Shown here: in pieces, positions 1 through 12,029 of the stretch | Layout: the number at the start of each line of letters is the position of its first letter | Numbering within the stretch: the stretch's first letter is position 1 | Source of the DNA: Octopus sinensis | Taxonomy: Eukaryota | Assembly (NCBI RefSeq): GCF_006345805.1 | Contig: NC_042999.1 | Location: 5,828,001-5,892,000 of the forward strand | Length of the DNA: 64,000 nt | Reading direction: 5' to 3' | The notes under the pieces: generated by a model | Told to the model about the DNA's origin: nothing | Database searches by the model: none | Seen by the model: only the letters and a program-made list of their open reading frames with translations | Program-made: the position numbers and the translations under genes

Positions 1-170
1 TTGAAGCGTGATTATGGATCCCAATCTTCTTAAGCTCTTTATAATTTTCATCTGTATGAAGTCTTGCCTTGCACACACGATTTTCACACCTCCAGTATAT
101 CTTCAATCCATCTGCATATTTTTTGTGTATACATATATAATTTTCAGTCAATATACATTTTACGACAGGA
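1..170 (-). pseudogene. FLYWCH zinc-finger fragment, probably the N-terminus of a Mutator-like (MULE) transposase; runs off the window edge
   Basis: Manual minus-strand translation LTENYICIHKKYADGLKIYWRCENRVCKARLHTDENYKELKKIGIHNHAS matches the FLYWCH pattern Y..YWRC..R.CKARLHT..G.HNH. Not in the ORF track. Confidence 0.75.
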
Positions 171-524
171 TTTTTTTTTCGTTTTGGTGACCTGGTGCTA
201 AAGCTAAACTAGATCCTGAAAGATATGAGGGGACAAAACGGATTGTGTGAACTTTCCGACAGTCCTCTCCCCACCCCCTTGGAAAACATTCTCCTCACAA
301 ATTTCTTTATAATTATAATCTATGCTGTTTGAAAGGTGTTTTTGTAAAATTTCATTGGAAGATATCCATTTTTCCAAAAGTTATGAGGGAAAAACCGGAT
401 CTTGTGAATTTTCCGAAGAAGAAGAAGGTCACCCACTGCGACAATAACTACAACAATACTAAGGTGACCTTTCTGAGAAAGTATATCGAGACTTAAATTC
501 CGTTGTGTATGTATGTGTGTTACT

Positions 525-1065
525 GGAAAGACTTCCGCCTGTCTGCCCCCACCCCCATTTTCTCCCAAATTTGTTTATTTTAAACATTTTTTTTTCCCCA
601 AACCCCCGTTTTCAGATACGGAGGTTCCAGAAAATTGCCAAAAAGCGACATTGTTAAATCCACCCCCTCCCAATTCTTCAATTTTGACTTTCTCCAACAC
701 TAACCCTAAAACCCTAACCCTAACCCCCTAACCGTAAGTACAGAAATGTTTTGAAATTTTTATCTGAATCATAATGTCCGTATTCTGCATATTTCCAAAA
801 AAAAAAAATCTTAAAAAGAAATTTTACAAAAATTTTTGGAAATTTTTTCCGAATCATAATCTCCATATTTTTCTGCATATTTTGAAAAAAAAAAATCTGA
901 AAAAGGGTAAAAAATGAAGGAAATGGGAGTTGGGGGTGTAATTTAAAAATGCCAATTTTTTTGCAGATTCGTATTCCAGGTAGCCGAAAGGGGTGGGGGT
1001 TGTGTCTGAAAAAAAATTTTTAAGGGTGGTTTAGGGGAAGGGGGCGGATGGACGGAAGTCTTACC
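525..1065. mobile_element. MITE with GG..CC termini and 8-bp TSD (Merlin- or MULE-like), containing CCCTAA-type repeats
   Basis: TIRs GGAAAGACTTCCGCCTGTCTGCCCC / GGGGCGGATGGACGGAAGTCTTACC; TSD GTGTTACT at 517-524 and 1066-1073; taaccctaaaaccctaaccctaacc at about 700-733. Confidence 0.8.
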
Positions 1066-1372
1066 GTGTTACTATATGTGTATATATTAGCGAGAACTTG
1101 AAGTTATAAGAGATAATGGTGTTATTGAGACCCAGAGGTGTCAGGTAATGCTGAACAAGTGCTATAGACAGACCATAGTTAAGTTCCAGATTTGGTAATA
1201 TTGCGAATAAAGGGTTCAACGTTGGTTCTATGTCAGCGTGTGTATATAAGAATATTTTGCATAATAATATAAAAAAAACCAAGGCTGTGTAGATATTAGA
1301 GCATTTCTAGATAGGTCTTACAGCTGTTTGTAGGATATTTATTAATTATATCCCTTCATCGGAGATGGTGTA

Positions 1373-1405
<33 letters not shown>

Positions 1406-1407
1406 GT

Positions 1408-1687
1408 GGAGGAGCAATGGCCCAGTGGTTAGGGCAGCAAACTCACAGTCATAGGATCGCAGTTTCGATTCCCAGACCGGGCGTTGTGAGTGTTTATTGA
1501 GTGAAAACACCTAAAAGCTCCACGAGGTTCCGGCAGGGGGTGGTGGTGATCCCTGCTGTACTCTTTCTCTCACTCTTTCTTCTGTTGGCCTGCTCGCTTA
1601 GCCAACGGGGTGGCATCATTTGAAGGCTAAAGCAATGCGAAGCACATTGTGACCAGCAATGTGTAGCAACATCTGATAGCCTGGTCC

Positions 1688-1690
<3 letters not shown>
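1408..1690 (+). mobile_element. tRNA-derived SINE, family B
   Basis: A box TGGCCCAGTGG and B box GTTTCGATTCCC; 5' part nearly identical to 39288-39430. Confidence 0.8.
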
Positions 1691-1757
<67 letters not shown>

Positions 1758-2056
1758 GTGTGTATATGTATGTGTGTGTTTTAACACATTCATGCATATA
1801 AACTCCATACAGTAAAGTCGAAGCAGAATGTCTCTCCCGTATGTAATTATCGTTATTATTTGTAAAAGACCAACACAGGTAAACTCTGTGCAGTAATAAA
1901 GTCTTCTGTGAAATATTCACAGGTGTTGTCAGTTACATCTTCACGCGGCTTCAGAAACACATTTCTATTCACCAATTCAGCTTGTCATCACCTCGTCAGC
2001 TAAAAAATAACACAACAAACCCGCAAGCGATATGTTCAGATAACAATTATAGTTAA

Positions 2057-2220
2057 GCGCAGGAGTGGCTGTGTGGTAAGTAGCTTGCTTACCAACCGAA
2101 CGGTTCTGGGTTCATTCCCACTGCATGGCACTTTGGGCAAGTGTCTCCTATTATAGCCTTGTGCTGACCAAAGCCTTGTGAGTGGATTTGGTAGACAGAA
2201 ACTGCAAGAAGCCTGTCGTA

Positions 2221-2259
<39 letters not shown>

Positions 2260-2480
2260 GTGTGTGTGTTTATGTTTGTGTGTCTGAGTTTGTCCCCCCA
2301 ACATCGCTTGACAACTGATGCTGGTGTGTTTACTCCCCGTAACTTAGCGGTTCGGTGAAAGAGACTGATACCAATAAGTATTAGGCTTACAAAGAATAAG
2401 TCCTGGGGTCGATTTTCTCGACTAAAAAGGCGGTGCTGCAGCATGGCCACAGTCAAATGACCGAAACAAGTAAAAGAGTA
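2057..2480 (+). mobile_element. tRNA-derived CORE-like SINE, family A (full length, central TA/TG microsatellite)
   Basis: Head GCGCAGGAGTGGCTGTGTGG..GGGTTCATTCCC, CORE-like CTTTGGGCAAGTGTCT, tail GAAACAAGTAAAAGAGTA; many copies in the window. Confidence 0.85.
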
Positions 2481-2699
2481 AGCCATCCACTTCAACAATG
2501 GCGTTTCAGACGTTTGTGGTGCATCTGCACTGACCAGCTGAACTCAAGCAACAAGCATACCGAGCGACAACAATGTCAATGATCTTTCACAAGATGGCCA
2601 TGGTTCCTTTATTCACCGTGTTACTCAAAAAACCTGTTTTCCTAGATTTTATGTCTGCTTTCTGTATTTCAATTATGTGACCAATTTTTAAGATACTTC

Positions 2700-2900
2700 C
2701 AGCGTGGAAAGTGTTTATAAGCCATTTAAGAAACACACAAAAACCATTAGATTCACTTCAATATTTTAATTTAATTTGTCAAAATATTTTTGTCGCTTTG
2801 AGACCGCGACCTGTTCACTGATAAAATTCTGTGCTGCACAGAAGTGAATCTAACGGTTTTTGTGTGTTTCTTAAATGGCTTATAAACACCTTCCACGCTG
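2700..2900. repeat. Short element with about 60-bp inverted ends
   Basis: CAGCGTGGAAAGTGTTTATAAGCCATTTAAGAAACACACAAAAACC at the left end, reverse complement at the right end; no TSD found. Confidence 0.65.
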
Positions 2901-3000
2901 CAATTGTTTTCGTTCCAGCACATGATCTCAGATCAGGTCACTTGCTATGCAAGTACATCTCCGTAAATAAGATACTTCCATTGCTCTCCAACTTAAAACT

Positions 3001-3806
3001 AGGATCTTTTCCTTTTGAACGGCAGTTTTCAACACAATTTCTAGTTAACTAAACACTTTTAAACTTCACATACTGGTAGAATGTGTTTATAAAACATCAT
3101 TTTTTTGGGGCTTTATTGAGAAAATTCTATAGTTTGTAACATATTTCCCCTTTAAAATTGAGCATTTCGGCAATTTTAACCAATCGCTCACCTCCATTTG
3201 GGGGTTTAAAACATTCCGTGCTGTATGAATATGTCCCTCAGAAACAGATTGGGTTTATTTACATTTGTGAAGAAAAAAAGATACCCTTCCCCCGCCCCTA
3301 ACCCTAACCCTAACTCTAACTAATCCTAACCCTAAAACAGATTGAAATGCAATAGATTGATACTAGGGTTATAATTATGGGTGACATTTTCATTTGACAC
3401 CGCTAGAAAAAAATCCCATTTTCCGTAGTGGTGTCGTATGAAATTGTCACCCAAAATTATAACCCTAGAATTGATCTATTGCATTTCAATCTGTTTTAGG
3501 GTTAGGGTTAGGGGTGGGGGAAGGGTGTCTTTTTTTCTTTGCAAATGTAAATAAACCCAATCTGTTTCTGAGGGACATATTCATACAGCACGGAATGTTT
3601 TCACCCCAAATGGAGGTCAGCGATTGGTTAAAATTGCCGAAATGCTCGATTTTAAAGTGGAAATATGTTACAAACTATAGAATTTTCTCAATAAAGCCAA
3701 GAAAAAAAGATGTTTTATAAACACATTCTACCAGTATACGAAGTTTAAAAGTGTTTAGTTAACTAGAAATTGTGTTGAAAACTGCCGTTCAAAAGGAAAA
3801 GATCCT
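3001..3806. mobile_element. Foldback DNA element: about 400-bp inverted arms, about 20-bp spacer, telomere-like CCCTAA repeats in the arms
   Basis: AGGATCTTTTCCTTTTGAACGGCAG ... CTGCCGTTCAAAAGGAAAAGATCCT; flanked by AAAACT/AAAACT (6-bp TSD, or 4-bp AAAC if the termini are TAG..CTA). Confidence 0.85.
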
Positions 3807-4298
3807 AAAACTATTTCAAACACCTACCCTCATGCAATTAGTTTGAATATCCAAGCTGTCCAGTGCCTCCCTTTCGAAATAATAGTATCGTCAAGAATTA
3901 CAAACTCCAATTATCCCACTCATTTCTAATCGGGGACCAATTAACTCAGTACTAACTAGGACTAATTAACTTTATCAATTAACACAATATATAATCACCC
4001 TCTTTTCTCAACTATAACATTGCCCCGACCTATTTCTAAAACTTGTTCTTTTAACTGCAACAAATATTTTCAGTGCAATTCCCATTTACGTACTTTCCCT
4101 GTTACGGACGAAAGAACATGTTATCTTCCATGTCTCCTACTCTTTCATTTCTCTGCTACTTCGTCACGTTCTCTTTATTCATTCGTTACCACCACAGGTG
4201 ATCAAACATGATACTTTACCTTAATACCTTAACGAAGGTTTATGTATTACTTACATTTTATCTTAACTTTATTATGTCGCGTACACATCAATAATGTA

Positions 4299-4853
4299 CA
4301 GGGTCAGGCAAAATGATCTGACACATTTGTAGGTTAAATAAAAGGCATTGTTTTTCGTTTCTTTTTCAGTTGCTGCCTTGAATTGGACTGGTGAGCATCG
4401 CGCTTTCATTGTGGAAACGTTTATCAAAACAAACGATTCTGTAACTGCAACACAAAGAGTGTTCCGTTTGCACTTCAATCTTGGTAGACATGATCCCGTA
4501 CCAGCTCGAAACACGATCTTGTTATGGGTTACCAACTTCAGAGCTACTGGATCTGCATTGAAATGAAAATCAACCGGCCGACCTCGCACCGCCAGAACTT
4601 AAAGATGCAATTCGTCAAGAAATTACTGCCATTCCACATGAAATGACCCGCCGAGTTATTGACAACTTTCGTGAACGCCTTCGACAGTGTGTGGACAATA
4701 ATGGATCCCATTTGACTGATTTAATTTTTAAAACATAATGAAACAAAATGGCATTATATGTACTTTTCAAAAATAAAAACACTTTTTTGTTTCTTTACTT
4801 CATTTGCCTTTTATTTAACCTACAAATGTGTCAGATCATTTTGCCTGACCCTG
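4299..4853 (+). mobile_element. Internally deleted Tc1/mariner-superfamily transposon
   Basis: About 50-bp TIRs CAGGGTCAGGCAAAATGATCTGACACATTTGTAGG with TA TSDs. Transposase N-terminus (NWTGEHRAFIVETFIKTNDSVTATQRVFR) is joined to the C-terminus (ELKDAIRQEITAIPHEMTRRVIDNFRERLRQCVDNNGSHL). Confidence 0.9.
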
Positions 4854-4987
4854 TATTTAACATTTTACTTGTTTATTAAACTAAATCCCTTGCAATCAAA
4901 ATAATTTCAAGGGATGGTCATTTTTGGCTTTGGTTTAGTTTCATGTCACATGAAACCCAGTTGAAATTTGAAACTCAAATTCTCGGT

Positions 4988-5725
4988 CTACTCATTTACT
5001 TGTTTCAGTCATCTGACTGAGGTCATGCTGGAGCACCGCCTTTAGTCGAGCAAATCGACCCCAGGACTTATTCTTTGTAAGCCTGGTACTTATTCTATCG
5101 GTCTCTTTTACCGAACCGCTAAGTTTCGGGGACGTAACCACACCAGCATCGGTTGTCAAGCGATGTTGGGGGGGGGGACAAACACAACACACAAACATAC
5201 ACATATATATACATATATGTGAGGGCGCGTGGCTTAGTGGTTAGGACATTCGGCTCATGATCGTAAGGTTGTGAGTTCGATTCCCGGCGACGCGTTGTGT
5301 CCTTGAGCAAGACACTTTATTTCACGTTGCTCCAGTCCACTCAGCTGGCAAAAATGAGTTGTACTTGTATTTCAAAGGGTCAGCCTTGTCACTCTCTGTG
5401 TCACGCTGATTATCCCCGAGAACTACGTTAAGGGTACACGTGTCTGTGGAATGCTCAGCCATTTGCACGTTAATTTCACGAGCAAGCTGTTCCGTTGATC
5501 GTATCAGCTGGGACCCTCGTCGTCATAACCGGCGGAGTCTTTTTTTTTATACATATATACGACGGGCTTCTTTCAGTTTCCATCTACCAAATCCACTCAC
5601 AAGGCTTTGGTCGGCCTGAGGCTATAGTAGAAGACACTTGCCCAAGGTGCCATGCAGTGGGACTGAACCCGGAACCATGTGGTTTGTAAGCAAGCTACTT
5701 ACCACAACAGCCACTTCAGCGCCTA
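4988..5725 (-). mobile_element. Family A SINE split at its central microsatellite by a family C SINE
   Basis: 3' half at 4988-5215 and 5' half at 5545-5725, both reverse complements of 2057-2480. Confidence 0.8.
5221..5540 (+). mobile_element. tRNA-derived SINE, family C
   Basis: A box TGGCTTAGTGG, B box GAGTTCGATTCCC, core TGTGTCCTTGAGCAAGACACTTT..CACTCAGCTGGCAAAAATGAGT; its 3' part is shared with the family B copy at 39490-39660. Confidence 0.8.
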
Positions 5726-6282
5726 TTGGTTATTATTTGAGCATGAGTCATAGACCACGGCTTTCAATGCTTTGATTAAACTCTTTGTTTATTAAACGGA
5801 AACCGGAAACCGATCTTTTTACTGATATGCAGTTGGAAGGTCAAAGGTATTTAAGAGAAGTGTAGGACAAATGCCCCATGGCTAAAGTGTAAAAGTGCAC
5901 AAAGACCACATGGTTATATTTTTCGATTATTTTTTCGCCTTTTACTTGTTTCACTCATTAGACTGTGGCCATGCTGGGGCACCTTCTTGAAGAATTTTTA
6001 GTCGAATGTTACGACCTCAACATTTTTTTAATGATTTTCAACCAGCGCATGAAATTAAGGCTAGAAGGTATCACCACATGCTAGAAATAACAGCCAAATG
6101 TCTTGAATTTTCTTTTTATAAACGCCTCATTTTTTTCTATTTTCTAAAAATCTTTTTACTTGTTTCAGTCATTGGACTGCGGCCATGCTGGGGCACCACC
6201 TTGAAGATTTTTTTGGTCGCAGAAAAATTAGCATTTTAGAATATATATTTAAAGTCTTTTGTTATCTTTTCTCAGCACTTAC

Positions 6283-6376
6283 AGATTAATGAGAATAAGT
6301 TGACCTTTTGAACTTTCTCCAGCCATTCATAGTCTAACAGAAAGCTTGTCATTCAAAGGAACTTCTTATCGTTTGC
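6283..6376 (-). other. Candidate start-codon exon of a host gene
   Basis: Minus-strand acceptor cccatctctctatttAG and donor GTAAGTG. Stops in all frames precede ATGs that would give MAGESSKGQLILINL.. or MTSFLLDYEWLEKVQKVNLFSLI..; no homolog recognised. Confidence 0.35.
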
Positions 6377-6837
6377 CTAAATAGAGAGATGGGTGTTTCT
6401 CTATAAAATGACAAATTCTGGTTTTTGTGAAAGAAAAACATGTCAGAGGCATGTGTAATATTTACTTAGGTTCTTTACCTTTTGACCTACAAATTTAAAA
6501 AGTAATTTTTTGTAACTAAACATTTTCAAACTTTGTCCTTACACGAAGGATTTGTGACAAAGACAGATAGCTTCTTACACACATGCATACTATTGCACTC
6601 CAGCATACTCGCTCATACAACTTATGTTAGGCAGGCACAGAAGATATATACGGTAGATGTTCGTTAACCTGACAGATCTTTTAACTATTAATCTTTCTGA
6701 ACATTTTCTTTCGACATTCTCCCTAGATTGGTAGCGACTCAGTATAATTTGTGTAAGTATTAATAACAAAATAGTTTTAAATGTTAGAAAATTAATTGAT
6801 TCTTTTCTCTTCACAGCTCCAACAAACAACAATATAC

Positions 6838-7440
6838 CTATTTCTTTACTACCCACAAGGGGCTAAACACAGAGAGGACAAAAGGATTAAGTCGATTATA
6901 TCGACCCCAGTGCGTAACTGGTACTTATTTAATTGACCTCGAAAGGATGAAAGGCAAAGTCGACCTTGGCGGAATTTGAACTCAGAACGTAAAGGCAGAT
7001 GAAATACCTATTTCTTTACTACCCACAAGGGGCTAAACACAGAGGGGACAAACAAGGACAGACAAATAGATTAAGTCTATTATATCGACCCCAGTGCGTA
7101 ACTGGTACTTATTTAAACGACCCTGAAAGGATGACAGGCAAAGTTGACCTCGGCGGAATTTGAATTCAGAACGTAGCGGCAGACGAAATACCTACTTCTT
7201 TACTACCCACAAGGGGGCTAAACATAGAGGGGACAAACAAGGACAGACAAACAAGGACAGACAAACAGATTAAGTCAATTATATTGACCCCAGTGCATAA
7301 CTGGTACTTATTTAATCGACCCCGAAAGGATGAAAGGCAAAGTCGACCTCAGCGGAATTTGAACTCAGAACGTAACGGCAGACGTAATACCGCTAAGCAC
7401 TTCGCCCGGCGTGCTAATGTTTCTGCCAGCTCACCGCCTT
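6838..7440 (-). mobile_element. Family D tRNA-derived SINE, three head-to-tail tandem units
   Basis: Unit TATTTCTTTACTACCCACAAGGGGCTAAACACAGAG..GAACTCAGAACGT occurs three times; only the last carries the tRNA-like head. Confidence 0.8.
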
Positions 7441-7489
7441 AACAACAATATACCTCTTTAAACAAAAACATTGCAAATAAATAAAACGA

Positions 7490-7760
7490 AAATCATTATT
7501 AAAATGTCGATCTTATAAAGCTGGCTTTGGTTACTCCAATAATTTGAGCTCAACTTGATGTACTAACAAACTACTTATCGTTTCTTCGACAATGTCGTTG
7601 GTTATAACAGGGAATTACATCCATCTTACTGTTCCTGTTGTAAACTAGTGACCACGGTTGTTGAGCGTATTAGCTATTGGCTATTGATATGATCATTGAA
7701 CTCGAAGATGTTTATCTGTGTCCAATCAGATTGAGACGATTGGGCGTGGTTGGTTAGGCA
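7490..7760 (-). promoter_or_regulatory. CpG-enriched promoter-like patch with CCAAT and GC boxes, plus a possible 5' non-coding exon ending at 7630
   Basis: CCAATC at about 7722, ATTGGGCGTGG at about 7739-7749, locally many CpGs; minus-strand donor GAACA|GTAAGA at 7630/7629. Confidence 0.35.
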
Positions 7761-8149
7761 CTTATGACTTGGTGTGGTTGAAGGGATATTCAACCAGTTT
7801 TGGTGACAGTACATTTTGGCAGTAACGATCACACTCGAATGGTGCCCTTTTATGTGCCACTCTGTAGGATATAAATTACTTAATAAATTATATAATTAAA
7901 CTTGATGGCATATGTAATAAAATTATTTGGAAAGAAACATTTACCCATACACCGTTGTTCGAAATCATTGATTTATGAGTTGTATCAAGTTGTAAACTAT
8001 TTCTTATCTAAGACATGCCAAAAGGATTAGATTGCCAAACACAAATCAACACCTTATCTTGATAATATTATCAATCCACCCCATTGTTATGACCTTTCTT
8101 CCACCCCTATCTTAATCACCATTATAACATTTCAAAATAATATTGAATG

Positions 8150-8686
8150 TCATCGGCATCCGTACTAGCGGGGTGCAAAGAGCACCATGCAAGGGTGATC
8201 GTTGACAGAGCAGCTAACGGCTTCCGTGCCAGTGGGACATAAAAGGGCACCATTCGAGTGAGATCATTACCAGCGTTGCCTTACTGGCACATGTGCCTGT
8301 GCTAGGAGGGTGCCAAGAGCACCATCTGAACATGATCGTTGCCAGAGCAGGCAACTAGCTCCATGCCGGTGGCACGTAAAGGGGCACCATTTGAGCGTGA
8401 TTGTTACCAATGTCGCCTTACTGGCACCTGTGCCGGTGACATATGTAAAAAGATTTGTGCGAGGTCATTGCCAGTATCATTTGACTGGCCCTGTGCTGGT
8501 GGCACGTAAAAAGCACCCACTACAGTCACGGAGTGGTTGGCGTTAGGAAGAGCATCCAGCTGTAGAAACTCTGTCAGATCAAGATTGGAGCCTGGTGCAA
8601 CCATCTGGTTCGCCAGCCCTCAGTCAAAATCGTCCAACCCATGCTAGCATGGAAAGCGGACGTTAAACGATGATGATGATGATGAT
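8150..8686 (+). mobile_element. Family E repeat (RTE-LINE 3' UTR-derived, internal VNTR, (GAT)n tail)
   Basis: Several 55-70-bp units with a GTGCC-NNN-GGCAC hairpin, then GGAAGAGCATCCAGCTGTAGAAAC..CCATGCTAGCATGGAAAGCGGACGTTAAACGATGATG. Confidence 0.85.
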
Positions 8687-8842
8687 GTTGTTTCAACTTC
8701 CTAATATATGTTGGTCTGAAAAGTTCTAGACAAACAAACTCTTTCATTCCGTACATTAAACGTAAAGAATAGAGGAAGCTCAGCTGTAGCTATTCTGCAA
8801 ACGATTGTCATAAAAAGATCCTAATGAATCTTTTATCTTTTA

Positions 8843-9214
8843 CTAGCACTATGACCCGGCAACGCCAGGTCATAGTGCTAGTGCATGCAAATACAGCTGC
8901 GTGCGTGCACGCATACATGCGAGTACTGTCCAAATCTCTGACCAATCACATACAGCTAGCTGGCATTCAATTGGCGTATCAAGGTTCGGGCATTTTGATT
9001 GGGTTTTGGATAGAAAATTCACAAAAAAGTTACTTCTATTGATTTTTTAATGGCTTTGTGGGGTGACTGGGGAAATGTAAAGATGTGCACGACCACCCTT
9101 GGACGGTTTTGAATGACCATAGAAAATGTGAGCCCTCTAACTGAAAAACTGTGGATTTGTATAAGGGACACACACACACACACACACAGACATTTTGCCG
9201 TTTATATATATAGA
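8843..9214 (-). mobile_element. Non-autonomous Helitron, family F
   Basis: Minus strand begins A|TCTATATATATAAACGGC and ends in the palindrome CTAGCACTATGACC..GGTCATAGTGCTAG|T; no TSD. Confidence 0.8.
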
Positions 9215-9540
9215 TTCTTTAACATTTGCGGCCATCATTAGACTGCCGGTACCAACTTGGAGCGGATTTGAGTTGAAAGAATTGTTCCTAGTACTTTTTT
9301 AAAAACTCGTTACTTATTTTATCAGTCTCTTTTGCCGAACTGCTAAGTTACAGAATGTAAATGCACCAACACTGATTGTCAAGTGGTGGTGGAACACAAA
9401 CACACACACATGCATATGTATATGATGGGCTTCTTTCAGTTTCCGTCTTCCAAATCCACTCTCAAGACTTTGGTAGGCCCAAGACTTTAGCAGAAGACAC
9501 TAAGGCGGCGAGCTGGCATGAAATGTTAGCACGCCAGAAC

Positions 9541-9959
9541 CAGTGGCATAACTGATAGGGGAGCAAGGGGAGCGACCCCCTCTGCCCGAGCACATTTTTC
9601 AAAACTGCCGGTGGCACGTTAAAAGCACCAACCGATCGTAGCCGATGTCGGTCCCCCCTGGCACCTGTGCAGGTGGCACATAAAAAGCACCCACTACACT
9701 CGCGGAGTGGTTGGCATTAGGAAGGGCATCCAGCTGTAGAAACTCTGCCAGATCAGACTGGAGCCTGGTGCAGCCCCCGGCTTCCCAGATCCCGGTCGAA
9801 CCGTCCAACCCGTGCTAGCGCGGAAAACGGACGTTAAACGATGATGATGATGATGATGATGATGCTTTATATAAAATGTATAATCAATGAGTTAAAAATT
9901 TGCATCTTTTTTTTTATGTGCCATGCTCCCCCAAACTTTAGATCCTAGCTACACCCCTA
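9541..9959. mobile_element. hAT-like MITE containing a family E insertion (9600-9863)
   Basis: Termini CAGTGGCATAACT / AGCTACACCCCTA; 8-bp flanks GCCAGAAC and CCCAGAAC (7/8 match). Confidence 0.55.
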
Positions 9960-10564
9960 CCCAGAACCATGAGGACAGGAAGCAATCTTCTTACCACACA
10001 GCCACTCCTGTGTCCATAATCAATAATTTTTAAAGACTCCTGACAACATTCCACTAACTCCACAAATACTGCACCTCTATTTGTTTCAGTTTGTTTCCAT
10101 GTACAATATATTGTTATCAGTATAAAAACTGTATCATTATTAACAAACTGTGGCTTTTCTAACCATTGATCCACCCACACAGCCCGAGTAAAACAAATAC
10201 GTTAGAAAACTTCGCCCACCCTCCTATGGCTGGATATTGATCTTTATGGGAAATATGACAGAAAGTGCAAAACAAATAAGATGTTTGCAAACACCCTGCT
10301 ACATATATCTGCTGCTGCCTGGAAGACAAAATATGTCAGGTGACACAGTCTGTTATCGCTAAACACACGAAGGCAGAGCTATAAAAAGAAATGACAAACG
10401 CATTTTGTATTTGGTAATCAGAGATATAGAAACCATTACAGCTGCTCCAGTCTACACGTGGACAAAAGTGTTGAACCATTCACTGATTGTGTTGTGGCTG
10501 AAATGCATGGCCCTCGAATACCCCCTCCATTTACTACGATATATAATATAAATACAGTTAATAT

Positions 10565-10950
10565 TTTTCTTTACTACCCACAAGGGGCTAAACACAGAGG
10601 GGACAAACAAGGACAGACAAATGGATTAAGTCAATTACATCGACCCCAGTGCGTAACTGGTACTTAATTTATCGACCCCGAAAGGACGAAAGGCAAAGTT
10701 GACCTCAGCGGAATTTGAACTCAGAACGTAACGGCAGATGAAATACGGCTACACATTTCGCCCGGTGCGCTAACGTTTCTGCATTTCTCATTGTAGTACT
10801 ATATAATTGGTGTCAAATTTTGACAGAAGGCCACAAAGTTTGGGAAAGGGTGTAAGTTGATTACATCGACTCCAGGGCTCAACTGGTACTTAATTTATTG
10901 ACCCTGAAAGGAAGAAAGGCAAAGTCGACCTCGATGGAATATGAACTCAG
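10565..10950 (-). mobile_element. Family D SINE copies (two)
   Basis: Same body as 6838-7440. Confidence 0.75.
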
Positions 10951-10959
10951 AATGCACCA

Positions 10960-11275
10960 TATGAGTGTGATCATTGACAGAGTGGCTAACCATTCGAGTG
11001 TGATCATTACCAGCGTCACCTTACTGGCATGTGTAAATGATTTGAGCGAGGTCGTTGCCAGTATCGCCTGACTGGCCCCTGTGCTGGTGGCACATAAAAG
11101 CAACCACTACACTCTTGGAGTGGTTGGCGTTAGGAAGGGCATCCAGCTGTAGAAACTCTGCCAGATCAAGACTGGAGCCTGGTGCAGCCACCTGGTTCGC
11201 CAGCCCTCAGTCATTCGTCCAACCCATGCTAGCATGGAAAGCAGACGTTAAACAATGATGATGATGATGATGATG
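10960..11275 (+). mobile_element. Family E repeat
   Basis: VNTR units, GGAAGGGCATCCAGCTG core and (GAT)n tail. Confidence 0.85.
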
Positions 11276-12029
11276 AATGCAGAAACGCTGAGCGTTTTGC
11301 TTGACGTGACGACTATTCTGTCAGCTCACCGCTTTTAATTGATGAGTTTATTTTTAATACAATCCTGATTGTAAATGTGCCGTCAATGGTGTGGGGGAGG
11401 GGGCAGGAAGACTTCAGTAGAACCACTGATTGTGCAATTTGACGAAACTGGATCTTTTATTGCAACACTCTTGCTAGTTAATGGACAATAAGATTCACAA
11501 ACTAAAAAAGTTTCCTACAGTATTTACATATGGTGAGAAACGGCCAAGTAATCCACTGAATTGAATGGGAATTTCAGGTGATTAAAAGGAAAAGAAAATA
11601 ATTAACTAATAACTTGAAACAAGTTAAAGAAGGAAGAAAAAATAACAATACCGTTTAGAGCTTTAGTATCGGTGCACGTTATCAACTTGTACCTGTTTTG
11701 CAAGAAGTAAAATTTAAAGTATTTATTATTAGATTGGAAAGGAAATCTCATTGCATTTTTTGACATGGTAACTTTGAGGCTACTTTTTCAATATTTACAC
11801 TAAACTAAAAATAAATTTTTACATTCTATTGTTTTCCTCTGACTTTCTTTGCAGATTACTTTTCACCATTGTGGTTAAATTCCTATCAATTTCCACCCTT
11901 TTAAAATGAGTTCAGACCAGGTTTATAACAGACATTACATGCTTCAAAAAGGTGCTCCGTTTCTTTATTAGCCACAAGGGCCCAAAACATAGAAGGGGAC
12001 AAATAAGGACAGACAGGACCAGCAATTGA

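Noticed and set aside
700-735. Telomere or chromosome end
   Set aside because: Short degenerate CCCTAA runs internal to TIR elements.
1960-2000. CTGACGA..GAAA on the minus strand
   Set aside because: Stems II, III and I do not pair.
8520-8600. Possible HDV-like ribozyme in the family E core (TTGGCGTTAGGAAG..CATCC)
   Set aside because: RTE elements can carry HDV-like ribozymes, but I could not build the nested double pseudoknot (P1-P4) from this sequence.
11855-11955. Plus-strand exon candidate MSSDQVYNRHYMLQK
   Set aside because: Good acceptor but weak donor (GTGCTC) and no supporting neighbouring exon.
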